Positions 20,273 through 29,286 are shown, numbered from the stretch's first letter. The stretch: 49,476 bases of DNA from a bacterium (GCA_037128565.1 JBAXWE010000003.1:1-49476), one strand, 5' to 3'. A program made the numbers and translations. The notes: generated by a model from the letters alone, not told the origin.

Positions 20273-20351
20273 CTCATCTCCAGCCTTTGGCTGGGCATTT
20301 GACCTATTTACCGCGAGCCAGGCCGCGGGGCCAGCCTGGCAGGAGAGCGTC

Positions 20352-21878
20352 ATGACTGATCTAAACGGGATCGCCCCCGTGTTGTTTGCTTTATTCGGCG
20401 TAGGGATCGGGCTCGCCTTGCGCAGCCTGATCGCCGCCGCCTCTATCCGTGCCGCAAACCGACGAGCCGCCGCCATCCTCGAGGAGGCGCGCCAGCAGCA
20501 GAGCACCCTAGTTATTGGTGCCAAGGGCGAGATTTCGCGCCTCCGCGCCGAGGCCGAACTCGCCCAGCAGGCCGACCGGGAGGCCGCCGCGGCAGAGGCT
20601 GAACGCCTTCGACTCCGCGAGATCACCCTTGGCGAGCGTGAAACCTTCTTTGCCGGCCGAGAGGTGGCGATCGCTGAGCGAGAGCGCACCCTGGTTGATG
20701 AATCGGTTGCCCTTGACGTGGCCCGCGCAAATGTCAACACGCGCCTCGCCGAGGTCGCTGGACTCGATCCCGAAGCCGCTCGCACCGAAGTCCTCTCCCG
20801 TTTCACCGAAGAGGCGGAACGCGAGACGAAGCGTCTCCAGGCAACCCTAGAGCGACGTGCACAAGAGGATGCTGCTGACCGTGCGCGAGACATGATCTTG
20901 ACGGCGATGCAGCGCGTTGCGGCGGATCACAGCGCCGAGCACTCCGTCACCCACGTGAAGCTCGCCAGCGACGAGATGAAAGGTCGCCTGATTGGTCGCG
21001 AGGGTCGTAATATTCGCGCCCTTGAAGCGGCCACCGGCGTAGAGCTGCTCATCGATGAAACCCCACTACAGGTAACGCTCTCGTCATTTGACCCTGTTCG
21101 TCGACAGGTTGCGCGTGTTGCGCTTGAGCGACTTATGCAAGATGGTCGTATTCATCCGATTCGCATCGAGGAGATCGTCGCCAAGGCGCAAAGTGAAGTG
21201 GATGCCGACTCGCTCAAGAACGGCGAGGCTGCCGCACTCAAGGTAGGCGTGACCGGTATTCCAACGGAACTCCTCCGGATCCTGGGTCGACTGCAGTGGC
21301 GCACCTCGTTCGGTCAGAACGTCTTGCTGCACTCAATTGAAACCGCGCAGGTCGCAGGCGCAGTCGCCGGCGAGCTCGGCATGGATATTCGTGCGGCAAA
21401 GGTTGGCGGGCTGCTCCACGACATTGGCAAGGCGCTTGATCATGAGATAGAAGGGACGCACGCCGCGATTGGTGCCGACCTCGCGCGCCGTCACGGTATG
21501 CCAGAGGGGATCGTCAATGCGATTGCGGCGCACCATCAGGAGGTGGAGTGCACCGCGCGTGAGGCCCCGATTGTGCAGGTGGCGGATGCCATCAGCGCCG
21601 CACGACCTGGCGCGCGTGGCGATCAGGGTGAGGCACATCTCCGCCGTCTTGAAGATCTGCAGCAGATTGCGCTCGGATTTGAGGGCGTCGAGAAGGTCTA
21701 CGCCGTGCAGGCCGGCCGAGAGGTGCGCATCTTGGTTCGCCCTGATCAGGTTAGCGACGAAGAGGCACGCACGATTGCCCACGAGGTGGTCAAGCGCATT
21801 GAAGAGCAGCTTGCCTATCCGGGCCAGATTCGCGTGACGGTAATTCGCGAGACACGGGCGGTTGATTACGCCCGATAG
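20352..21878 (+). CDS. rny: Ribonuclease Y
   Basis: N-terminal TM, coiled coil, KH (KGRLIGREGRNIR), HD (LLHDIGK), ADAISAARPGAR. Start set at ATG 20352 after SD AGGAG. Confidence 0.97.
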   Translation: MTDLNGIAPVLFALFGVGIGLALRSLIAAASIRAANRRAAAILEEARQQQSTLVIGAKGEISRLRAEAELAQQADREAAAAEAERLRLREITLGERETFFAGREVAIAERERTLVDESVALDVARANVNTRLAEVAGLDPEAARTEVLSRFTEEAERETKRLQATLERRAQEDAADRARDMILTAMQRVAADHSAEHSVTHVKLASDEMKGRLIGREGRNIRALEAATGVELLIDETPLQVTLSSFDPVRRQVARVALERLMQDGRIHPIRIEEIVAKAQSEVDADSLKNGEAAALKVGVTGIPTELLRILGRLQWRTSFGQNVLLHSIETAQVAGAVAGELGMDIRAAKVGGLLHDIGKALDHEIEGTHAAIGADLARRHGMPEGIVNAIAAHHQEVECTAREAPIVQVADAISAARPGARGDQGEAHLRRLEDLQQIALGFEGVEKVYAVQAGREVRILVRPDQVSDEEARTIAHEVVKRIEEQLAYPGQIRVTVIRETRAVDYAR

Positions 21879-21879
21879 C

Positions 21880-22833
21880 ATGCCGACCCTACCGATCCTC
21901 GCGATCGGTGGTCCTACCGCGGTAGGGAAGAGCGCCGCAGCGCTCGCGTTAGTCGATGCCCTTGACGCTGCGGGAGTGAGTTCGATCTTGATATCGGCAG
22001 ATTCACGTCAAGTATTTCGCGGCTTCGATATCGGCACCGATAAGATCAGTGCAGAGATTCGTGCCGCACGCCCGCATGCCTGCATCGATATCGCCGAGGC
22101 AAGCGACCCATTCACCCTGTACGACTGGCTCGACGCCGCGCGCGCTGCCATCGCGGGCCACGCCAAGGCGAGCGGGGGAGCGGGGATCGCTATCGTCGTC
22201 GGCGGCACCGGCCTCTATCAGCGCGGCCTGCTCAAGGGCTTCCTCTCGGGCGGCGCTCGGCCAAGCAACTCCTTGATTCGTGCACAACTCGAGCTGCAGT
22301 TCTCCAACGTTGGTCGCGATCCGCTCGATAAGGAGCTTCGTGAACGGAATCCAGCGGCAGCAGATGCCGTTGCCACCGCAAGCGCTCGGCGCCTCATTCG
22401 AACACTGGAGATCGTGCGTCTCGGCGGTGACCCGCTCGCCGAAGAGGAGAATCCGTGGGCAGCGCCAACCGCATACGTGCAGATTGATGACACCGATTTC
22501 GAGCGACACCGTGCCGCCATTGCAGCGCGCGTGCGATCTCAGTTTGATGGTGGCCTCGTACAAGAGACCGAGCAGCTTGCGGCGCGCCTTCCAGCCGAAA
22601 CACCGGCGCTCTCCGGAATTGGCTACCGCGAGGCACTGGCATATCGCGACCAGACGATGGATCGAGAGCGCGCGATCGGCACCGCAGCAACACGAACGTG
22701 GGCGTATGCCCGCCGCCAGCGCACCTGGTACCGCGGTGAGGATCTACTCGAGATGATCCCAACGGACGGGCGCCCAGCAGCTGCAATCGCTCAGAGCCTC
22801 CTCCCGCACGCGCTGCGGATCGCGGTACGCTAG
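21880..22833 (+). CDS. miaA: tRNA dimethylallyltransferase
   Basis: GPTAVGKS, ADSRQVFRGFDIGTDK, GGTGLY, IGYRE, YARRQRTW. Confidence 0.95.
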   Translation: MPTLPILAIGGPTAVGKSAAALALVDALDAAGVSSILISADSRQVFRGFDIGTDKISAEIRAARPHACIDIAEASDPFTLYDWLDAARAAIAGHAKASGGAGIAIVVGGTGLYQRGLLKGFLSGGARPSNSLIRAQLELQFSNVGRDPLDKELRERNPAAADAVATASARRLIRTLEIVRLGGDPLAEEENPWAAPTAYVQIDDTDFERHRAAIAARVRSQFDGGLVQETEQLAARLPAETPALSGIGYREALAYRDQTMDRERAIGTAATRTWAYARRQRTWYRGEDLLEMIPTDGRPAAAIAQSLLPHALRIAVR

Positions 22834-22840
22834 AGGGACA

Positions 22841-24127
22841 GTGACAAAGAAAATCGCACCGATTGACCTGACGCCTGCGCCAGAGCGTGCCTTCCTCATC
22901 GCAGTTGACACCGGTAGCGACGTAGGCTGGCCAGCGGAGGATAGCCTTCAAGAACTAGCGAGCCTCGCTCGTACGGCGGGTGCTGAGGTTGTCGGCGCCG
23001 AATGGCAGCAGCGCCGACACCCCGATCCCGACACCTATATCGGCGCTGGTAAGGCGCAAGAGCTTTTGGCCGCGAAGGTTGAGACCGGCTTCACCGTACT
23101 GATCGCTGATGACGAGCTTTCGCCAACACAGCAGCGCGGCCTCGAGGAGGTACTCGGCGTGAAGGTCATTGATCGCAGCAGACTTATCCTTGACATCTTT
23201 GCCTTGCATGCGAGGACACGCGAAGGTCGGCTGCAGGTCGAGCTGGCACAACTTGAATACCAGCTACCGAGACTGACCAAGCTGTGGACACACCTTTCGC
23301 GTACGGGCGGCGGTATCGGCACGCGCGGCCCCGGCGAATCACAGCTCGAAACCGACCGGCGCCTGATTCGTGATCGCATCTCGGTTATGAAGGCGCGCGT
23401 CGACCAGGTGCGCCGCAGCCGCGAAACAGGTGCAAAGAGCCGCACCACACGCGGTGAGCCGACTGTTGCCATCGTTGGCTACACGAACGCGGGAAAATCG
23501 ACCCTGCTGAATAGCCTCGTTGGGAGCAGCGTGGTGCTCGCTGAGGATCGACTCTTTGCCACACTCGACCCAACCAGCCGCAAGGTTCGGTTGCCAGGTG
23601 GCCTCCACGCCATCGTGACGGACACCGTCGGGTTCATTCATAAGCTGCCGCACCAACTGGTTGACGCCTTTCGCGCCACCTTGGAGGAGGTTTCACGAGC
23701 CGACCTGCTCTTAGAAGTAGTTGATGCGTCAGATCACCACGCCCTGGAGCATCGCGCCACGGTACAGGCCGTCCTCGATGAGCTCGGCGCTGCTGAGAAG
23801 CCCCGCATCATCGCCGCCAACAAGATCGATGCCGCGGAGATGCATCCAGGCGAAATTGACCTTGCAGCACTCGGCGTTTCAGCGGCGACCGGGCTGGGCC
23901 TGGGCCCGCTCCGCAGCGCCCTGGAAGAGGCGCTGCAGCGCCAAGGGACTCCTGTAGACCTTCGACTCCCGTATACGGCGGTGGGGGAGGTTGAGGCGAT
24001 TCGCGCCCGGGGTGGCATCCAAGTGGCCTACGACGAGGATGCTCTCCATGTCACAGGTTTTGCCACACCCGAGATGGCCAACGATTTGAAACGGCTAAAG
24101 CGCAACGCGACGGCGAAGCTGCTCTAA
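22841..24127 (+). CDS. hflX: Ribosome-splitting GTPase HflX
   Basis: ILDIFALHA, GIGTRGPGESQLE, GYTNAGKS, LFATLD, DTVGF, NKID. Confidence 0.97.
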   Translation: MTKKIAPIDLTPAPERAFLIAVDTGSDVGWPAEDSLQELASLARTAGAEVVGAEWQQRRHPDPDTYIGAGKAQELLAAKVETGFTVLIADDELSPTQQRGLEEVLGVKVIDRSRLILDIFALHARTREGRLQVELAQLEYQLPRLTKLWTHLSRTGGGIGTRGPGESQLETDRRLIRDRISVMKARVDQVRRSRETGAKSRTTRGEPTVAIVGYTNAGKSTLLNSLVGSSVVLAEDRLFATLDPTSRKVRLPGGLHAIVTDTVGFIHKLPHQLVDAFRATLEEVSRADLLLEVVDASDHHALEHRATVQAVLDELGAAEKPRIIAANKIDAAEMHPGEIDLAALGVSAATGLGLGPLRSALEEALQRQGTPVDLRLPYTAVGEVEAIRARGGIQVAYDEDALHVTGFATPEMANDLKRLKRNATAKLL

Positions 24128-24203
24128 ATCAGGATTCCGGCCCGGCGTACACGCCGGCGGGGAGTTACAGGAGGCGCCTCCGTGCTGGCGTTCTTGCCAT
24201 GTT

Positions 24204-24231
24204 GGTTCCGATAATGATAGTTATGTGACGA
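24204..24231 (+). other. dif-like XerC/XerD recombination site (chromosome dimer resolution)
   Basis: GGTTCCGATAA-TGATAG-TTATGTGACGA has the 11-6-11 layout of E. coli dif (GGTGCGCATAA-TGTATA-TTATGTTAAAT). It is an AT-rich spot in an intergenic region at the gene-strand switch. Confidence 0.72.
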
Positions 24232-24262
24232 AGTAGGCTGGGCGCTGAGCACAGAACGTCGC

Positions 24263-24268
24263 TATCCT
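24263..24268 (+). promoter_or_regulatory. -10 element TATCCT, leaderless promoter of the namH-like gene
   Basis: TATCCT is 6 nt upstream of ATG 24275 and no SD is present. Confidence 0.55.
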
Positions 24269-24274
24269 CCCCCC

Positions 24275-25885
24275 ATGCGGATTGAGTTCATCGCCCAGGC
24301 CGGAGTCAAAATTCACACCGCGCACGGCTCAATCTTGTGCGACCCCTGGTTTAACCCTGCGTATTACGCGGGCTGGTTCCCGTACCCGCGAAATGACAAA
24401 CTTGACCATGCCGCCCTGGGTGCCACCGATTACCTCTACATCAGCCACTTGCACCGTGACCATTTCGATCCTGAGTGGCTTAAGACCTACTGCAACAAGG
24501 ACGCTATAGTGATTCTGCCGGCGTACCCGCTTCCTGAGCTCAAGGAGGCGCTCCAAGGGCTCGGATTCCATACGTTCATCGAGACGCAATCAGGCGTCCC
24601 TGTGCGCCACGGTGGCCTCAGCATCGTCGTAGAGGCCCTCACAGCCCCCACAGACGGCCCCATTGGTGATTCCGCACTCCTTATCGACGACGGCGTGGAG
24701 CGCCTCCTAAACCTTAATGACAGCCGCCCTACGGACCCTGACCACCTCCTGGTGCAGGGAGCGATTGACATCTGCCTCCTGCAATTCAGCGGCGCGATCT
24801 GGTATCCGATGGTCTATGAGATGCCGGCGAAGGCTGCTGAGGCGCTCGCCAAGAAGAAGCGCGCCGCGCAGTTCACACGGGCCGCACGATACGTGGAGAT
24901 CATCTCGCCACGAGTTGTGATCCCCTCTGCGGGACCCCCCTGTTTCCTCGATGACGAGCTCTTCCGCTGGAACGACGTGCACGACGCCGATGACTCAATC
25001 TTCCCCGACCAGCGCTTCATGGTTGAGCGCCTCCAGGCTGAGGGTCAGGCGGCCGTTCTGATGCTCCCGGGGAGCGTTGGAGAGTTCAACGCTGAAGGAA
25101 TTTTCGACGTGCAGCATTTGCAGGGTGATATGTCTGTGCAGGATGTCTTTGCGCACAAAGAGGTGTATTTGCGCAGATACGCAGCCGACATGGCTCCTGT
25201 CATTGCAGCTGAGAAGGCGTCCTGGGCCGGACCTCGTAGCAACCTGGTGCCTGAGCTGAAGGCCTGGCTCGAGCCGCTCATGGCACTCGGCCCACGTGTC
25301 TGTGATGGAATCGGCACCGCGATCAAGATTCAGACCGATGACGAGGCAATCATCCTCGATTTCCCAGAGCGGTCCGTCGTTGCCGATGATGGCCGAGAGG
25401 TGGACTTCCGGTTCACGATCCCCCGCTACCTCTTGGACCACCTGGTGCGCACGCGCACAGATGACTGGGTCAACAGCCTCTTCCTCTCGTTGCGCTTCTC
25501 AGCGTGGCGCAAAGGTGCCTATAACGACTACGTCTACACCTGGTTCAAGTGCCTCTCCACGGCACGGATCCAGTATGCCGAGGGCTTCTATGCCGAGAAT
25601 GGCCCAACCGAGGGGACGTTCGACCTGACCGGCTGGCAGATCCAGCGGCGCTGCCCGCACATGAAGGCCGACCTGACGCGCTTTGGAACCACCGATGGTG
25701 AGACGCTGACCTGCAGCATTCACGGCTGGCAGTGGGATCTGGCAACTGGGCGTTGCCTGACCTCAGATGGCCACCCCCTCTTCTCTCGACCCCAGAGCGA
25801 TGAGGCGAAGGCATTCGCCACTACAGCTTCGACGCAGCCGCCGCCAGGCCCTGATGTCGCGGCTGGCTCACCAGAGGGAGCCTAG
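24275..25885 (+). CDS. namH: MBL-fold/Rieske 2Fe-2S protein, NamH-like UDP-N-acetylmuramate hydroxylase
   Basis: HLHRDH MBL motif and C-terminal Rieske CPH...CSIH. Long stretches match mycobacterial Rv3818/NamH as I recall it: GSILCDPW.NPAY, DGPIGDSAL, SGAIWYPMVY.MP, PSAGPPCFL, DWVN..FLS.RF.AWR.G.YN, QRRCPH.KADL. Confidence 0.82.
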   Translation: MRIEFIAQAGVKIHTAHGSILCDPWFNPAYYAGWFPYPRNDKLDHAALGATDYLYISHLHRDHFDPEWLKTYCNKDAIVILPAYPLPELKEALQGLGFHTFIETQSGVPVRHGGLSIVVEALTAPTDGPIGDSALLIDDGVERLLNLNDSRPTDPDHLLVQGAIDICLLQFSGAIWYPMVYEMPAKAAEALAKKKRAAQFTRAARYVEIISPRVVIPSAGPPCFLDDELFRWNDVHDADDSIFPDQRFMVERLQAEGQAAVLMLPGSVGEFNAEGIFDVQHLQGDMSVQDVFAHKEVYLRRYAADMAPVIAAEKASWAGPRSNLVPELKAWLEPLMALGPRVCDGIGTAIKIQTDDEAIILDFPERSVVADDGREVDFRFTIPRYLLDHLVRTRTDDWVNSLFLSLRFSAWRKGAYNDYVYTWFKCLSTARIQYAEGFYAENGPTEGTFDLTGWQIQRRCPHMKADLTRFGTTDGETLTCSIHGWQWDLATGRCLTSDGHPLFSRPQSDEAKAFATTASTQPPPGPDVAAGSPEGA

Positions 25886-25914
25886 CCCCCTCCCCCGCTA
25901 GCCCGGCGGTCGCT

Positions 25915-27462
25915 CTACGACGCTGCTGCGAGCCCTTGGGCCAGCGCCACAGCGAGTTCGGTCGATCGCCCGCCACCCATAACCAGGACCACCGTCTCAG
26001 AAGTGATGGTGGGGAGGAGTGCCGCGGCAGCCTCCAAGACGGTTCCCGGTGCTGTTGCCGGGGTACCCAAATCGGCAATCCGCTTGGCAAGGTCATGCGC
26101 CGACACGCTGGTCGTGTCGAGATCGCGCACCGCGAAGATCTCTGCGACGACCACTCGGTCTGCAGCACTGCACGCCTTTGCGAGACCCTCAAGGAGGGCG
26201 GCGGTGCGGTGGTAGGTGAGCGGCTCAATGGCGAGGACGAGCTTGCGGCCAGGGTATCGCTGCCGGACGGTCTCCATCGTCGCGTCAATGGCGGTTGGGT
26301 GATGTCCATAATCGTCCAGGACAGTGACGCTACCGCTGTCGTAACGCACCTCCATACGGCGACCTACCCCTTCAAACGTGGCAAGTGATCGTGCAATGCC
26401 AGCGGCGGTTCCCCCTGCGCTCGCGACCAGCGCGGCAACGCCGAGAGCGTTTGAGGCATTATGCGCGCCAAGGATCCCAATCGGCATGGGCTGATGAAGA
26501 AGATCACAAAGTGCCGGCGCTGCAGTGGCTGCGCGTTCGGAGACGTGCTCAATGGTCAACGTGAAGGCTCCCCCGCCCAGCGGGGTTCGTACCGCTAGCA
26601 CATCGGCAGACCCTACCACTGATGTGGCGGAGGTTGAGAACGTATAGATGTTGTCATATCCACCTGTAGCGAGCAGTGCCGTTAACTCTCCGCCACCCTG
26701 ATCTCCGCTGTTAATGAATAGTGCACCAGATTTAGCTGGATAGGCTGCCCAGCGTGCAAACGTCTCTACAGCGGCAAAACGGTTGGCGAAGATGTCAGGG
26801 TGATCCCAATCAACATTCAAAATCAGCGCACGATCTGCACGATAGGCGTCAAAGTTGCCGCCGTACTCATCTGCTTCTACGACAAAGCCCGGGTCGGTAC
26901 CGAGATGTACTGGTGAGCCCGCAGGTGTGCCGAGATCGTGGCCGAGCGGACCCCCAACGAATGCGGATGGGTTTAGACCAGAATGGACCAGGGCATCTAA
27001 GACCCATCCGGTGGATGTTGTCTTGCCATGTGTACCAGCGATACCGATCAGCTGGCCGCCACGTGTCGCAGCAGCATCAGCGATCACCTGCTGCACGGAG
27101 ACGGTAGGAGCGCCAGCAGCTCGTGCCAGAAGTACCTCTGGGTGATTCGGTTGCGTGCTCGTAATTGCCTTCGAGATTGCAACGACACTCTCTGCGTCGA
27201 GGGCTGCACAGGCCTCGAGGACTGCGGGGCTACTGGACGAGCCGATCGGAATATCTGCGTGCGAGAGGATCGCCGCAGACTCTACCGTCAGCCCCTGGTC
27301 GTACCCTGATACGCGTAACCCGAGCGCCTTGGCGTGCAGCGCTGCTGCAAGTGCGGCCGTACCGCCAATTCCGATAATGTGGAGGCGTGAGCCAGGCTGA
27401 AGTGGCGCGCCACGACGGGAGGGTGCTAGCCCTGCAGCGATATCGCTAATCGAGCGCGTCAC
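25915..27462 (-). CDS. murC: UDP-N-acetylmuramate--L-alanine ligase (divergent)
   Basis: HIIGIGG, GTHGKTTST, VEADEY, DWDHPD, HNASNAL, FEGVGRR, DDYGHHPTAI, MGGG. Confidence 0.85.
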   Translation of the reverse strand: MTRSISDIAAGLAPSRRGAPLQPGSRLHIIGIGGTAALAAALHAKALGLRVSGYDQGLTVESAAILSHADIPIGSSSSPAVLEACAALDAESVVAISKAITSTQPNHPEVLLARAAGAPTVSVQQVIADAAATRGGQLIGIAGTHGKTTSTGWVLDALVHSGLNPSAFVGGPLGHDLGTPAGSPVHLGTDPGFVVEADEYGGNFDAYRADRALILNVDWDHPDIFANRFAAVETFARWAAYPAKSGALFINSGDQGGGELTALLATGGYDNIYTFSTSATSVVGSADVLAVRTPLGGGAFTLTIEHVSERAATAAPALCDLLHQPMPIGILGAHNASNALGVAALVASAGGTAAGIARSLATFEGVGRRMEVRYDSGSVTVLDDYGHHPTAIDATMETVRQRYPGRKLVLAIEPLTYHRTAALLEGLAKACSAADRVVVAEIFAVRDLDTTSVSAHDLAKRIADLGTPATAPGTVLEAAAALLPTITSETVVLVMGGGRSTELAVALAQGLAAAS

Positions 27463-27465
27463 AAG

Positions 27466-27957
27466 CTACCGATAGTTCTCAAATTGTAGCGGTCGTTCAA
27501 TATCGAGATCCTTGAGGCTCGTCATCACCTCTTGGAGTTCGTCCCGTGACTTCCCGGTGACGCGGACCGACTCACCTTGAATCTGCGTCTTTACCTTTGG
27601 GAACGAGTCACGAATGAATTTCGCGATCTTCTTCGCAGCGACGTCGTCGAGCCCTTTGCGTAGCTTGACGTGGATTCGTAGTGTGTCACCGCCAGCAGCT
27701 TCAGCCCTCCCCCAGTCATAGGTGCGAAGGTCAATGCCTCGTTTCACCGACTTCGATTCGAGGATGTCACGTAGCGCTTTGAGGCGAAGGTCGCCGTCAA
27801 CACGGATAATCAGTTCGCCCTTCTCCTCCTTGATCTCAGCCGTAGCATCGCGAAAGTCGTAGCGCGTGGCGATCTCGCGCCGGGTTTGATCTAAGGCGTT
27901 CTTGAGTTCCTGCTCGTCGTATTCAGAGACGACATCGAATGAGTTGTCGGCTGCCAT
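27466..27957 (-). CDS. yajQ: YajQ family cyclic di-GMP/nucleotide-binding protein
   Basis: SFDVVS, RYDF, QIQGESVRVTGKSRDELQ, LQFENYR. Confidence 0.96.
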   Translation of the reverse strand: MAADNSFDVVSEYDEQELKNALDQTRREIATRYDFRDATAEIKEEKGELIIRVDGDLRLKALRDILESKSVKRGIDLRTYDWGRAEAAGGDTLRIHVKLRKGLDDVAAKKIAKFIRDSFPKVKTQIQGESVRVTGKSRDELQEVMTSLKDLDIERPLQFENYR

Positions 27958-27960
27958 GCG

Positions 27961-29283
27961 CTACCTCCTAGATGATTTCTGCACCTTCCCCGTGTCGAGG
28001 AAAGCATAGGTTTCGGCCCCGGTTCCGTTCCCGATTCCGCTTATGGTACGCCCGTTGAGGGTGATAAGAAGGATTGAGGGATCACCACTACGGATCTCAA
28101 TGCGCTTCTCCCCCTTGAAGGTAAGCCGAGCGCCCGGAGCGATCGTCTTCCCGGACACGCTGATCGTTGGGTCGATTTGACCATCAATCCAGACGCGTAT
28201 CCAGGTTGCAGAAGCGCCGCCCGTGACACCGACCACGACGCCGCGGAAAGAGACGTCAACGGTGCGGGTAGCCTGGCTGAGCGTTCCATCAGCAGCGGTG
28301 ACGCTGAAGCTTATGGTCCAACGCCCCGCTGGGAGGGTGATCCCCCCAGCGGCTAGCCCGTTTGCATCGCTGATGAGTGTGGAGGTAACAAGCTCCCCCG
28401 TGGTATCAGTTGCTGTGACCACGACTTCGCTCCCTGGAGCCGTGACTAACGAGATAGGCACGTCACCGCTCTGAACAGCAAGATTGGTAGTCGGCTGCGT
28501 CACAGTGATTTCAGGGGCAATCTTGTCGGGGAGCGCGACTAGGAAGACGCGCTCTGCCGTAGCACTCGACTCTCCACCAGTTCCCAACTTAACAGCATGC
28601 GCGACAACCTCCGTCCGCCCAGTACCGAGCGGAACAATCAGGCTCCAAAGGCCGCTCTGATCAGCGCTGGTCATGAGCTGCGCGCCGGCGCTCGTATCAA
28701 TCACGATGCTGGCGTGTGCATCGGCCGTTCCTTTTAGTTCGTACGAGAGGACTCCTGGATCAAGATTGTTGACCGCCTCGATCGGATACGTAATGGCGAT
28801 AGAGGGTGGCAAGATGAATCGCAGGAGCTGCAGCACCATAAAACCGCTGATCGCCAGCACGGCGAGGCCCAACCCGCCCATGGCCAGCACACCCCGCGTC
28901 GAGCGAATCACGCCTGGGCGCAGCGCTAAAAGGCGAACCATCATGGACGTCGCCCCCTGGCCCGATGGTGGGGTGGGGTCTGTTTCTGGGCTTGGAATCC
29001 CCTGCCAACCTGCTGCAATCGTGGCGGGATCGAGCCCGAGGTACGTGGCGTAGGTACGAAGCTGTCCTAATGCGTACACACGTGGCGGCAGCTGACTGTG
29101 ATCCTCACGTTCGAATGCATCAAGAATCGAAGCACGAATTTTCAGCGTGGCAGATGCGTCAGCGATGCTTGTTCCGCGTCGTTCACGAGCCTGGCGAAGC
29201 CGGTCGCCAATGCGCGGTGCATGCGCTGCTATTTCCGCGCTTGCAGTGAAACCCTCGGGGCTTAGCGAGAAGGGATCGGTCAT
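27961..29283 (-). CDS. rodZ: RodZ-like protein (HTH + TM + two Ig-like repeats + DUF4115-like domain)
   Basis: IGDRLRQARE...LKIR...YATYLGLD HTH, one TM, C-terminal WIRVWIDG...IRSGDP...ITLNG; downstream of ftsK as is usual. Confidence 0.75.
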   Translation of the reverse strand: MTDPFSLSPEGFTASAEIAAHAPRIGDRLRQARERRGTSIADASATLKIRASILDAFEREDHSQLPPRVYALGQLRTYATYLGLDPATIAAGWQGIPSPETDPTPPSGQGATSMMVRLLALRPGVIRSTRGVLAMGGLGLAVLAISGFMVLQLLRFILPPSIAITYPIEAVNNLDPGVLSYELKGTADAHASIVIDTSAGAQLMTSADQSGLWSLIVPLGTGRTEVVAHAVKLGTGGESSATAERVFLVALPDKIAPEITVTQPTTNLAVQSGDVPISLVTAPGSEVVVTATDTTGELVTSTLISDANGLAAGGITLPAGRWTISFSVTAADGTLSQATRTVDVSFRGVVVGVTGGASATWIRVWIDGQIDPTISVSGKTIAPGARLTFKGEKRIEIRSGDPSILLITLNGRTISGIGNGTGAETYAFLDTGKVQKSSRR

Positions 29284-29286
29284 CCT

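Noticed and set aside
20244-20351. N-terminal extensions from track starts for rny (also rpsO 38096, nusA 44701, ylxR 43638)
   Set aside because: They run through promoter or leader sequence or the upstream gene. Downstream starts have SDs or typical protein lengths.
24210-24228. Fur-box-like GATAATGATAGTTATGTGA upstream of an Fe-S gene
   Set aside because: It matches only 13/19 with a poor right half. The dif 11-6-11 layout and the position at the strand switch explain it better.
25882-25905. Short direct repeat CTAGCCC between namH and murC as an att or target-site duplication
   Set aside because: It is only 7 bp and both copies are on the same side of namH.
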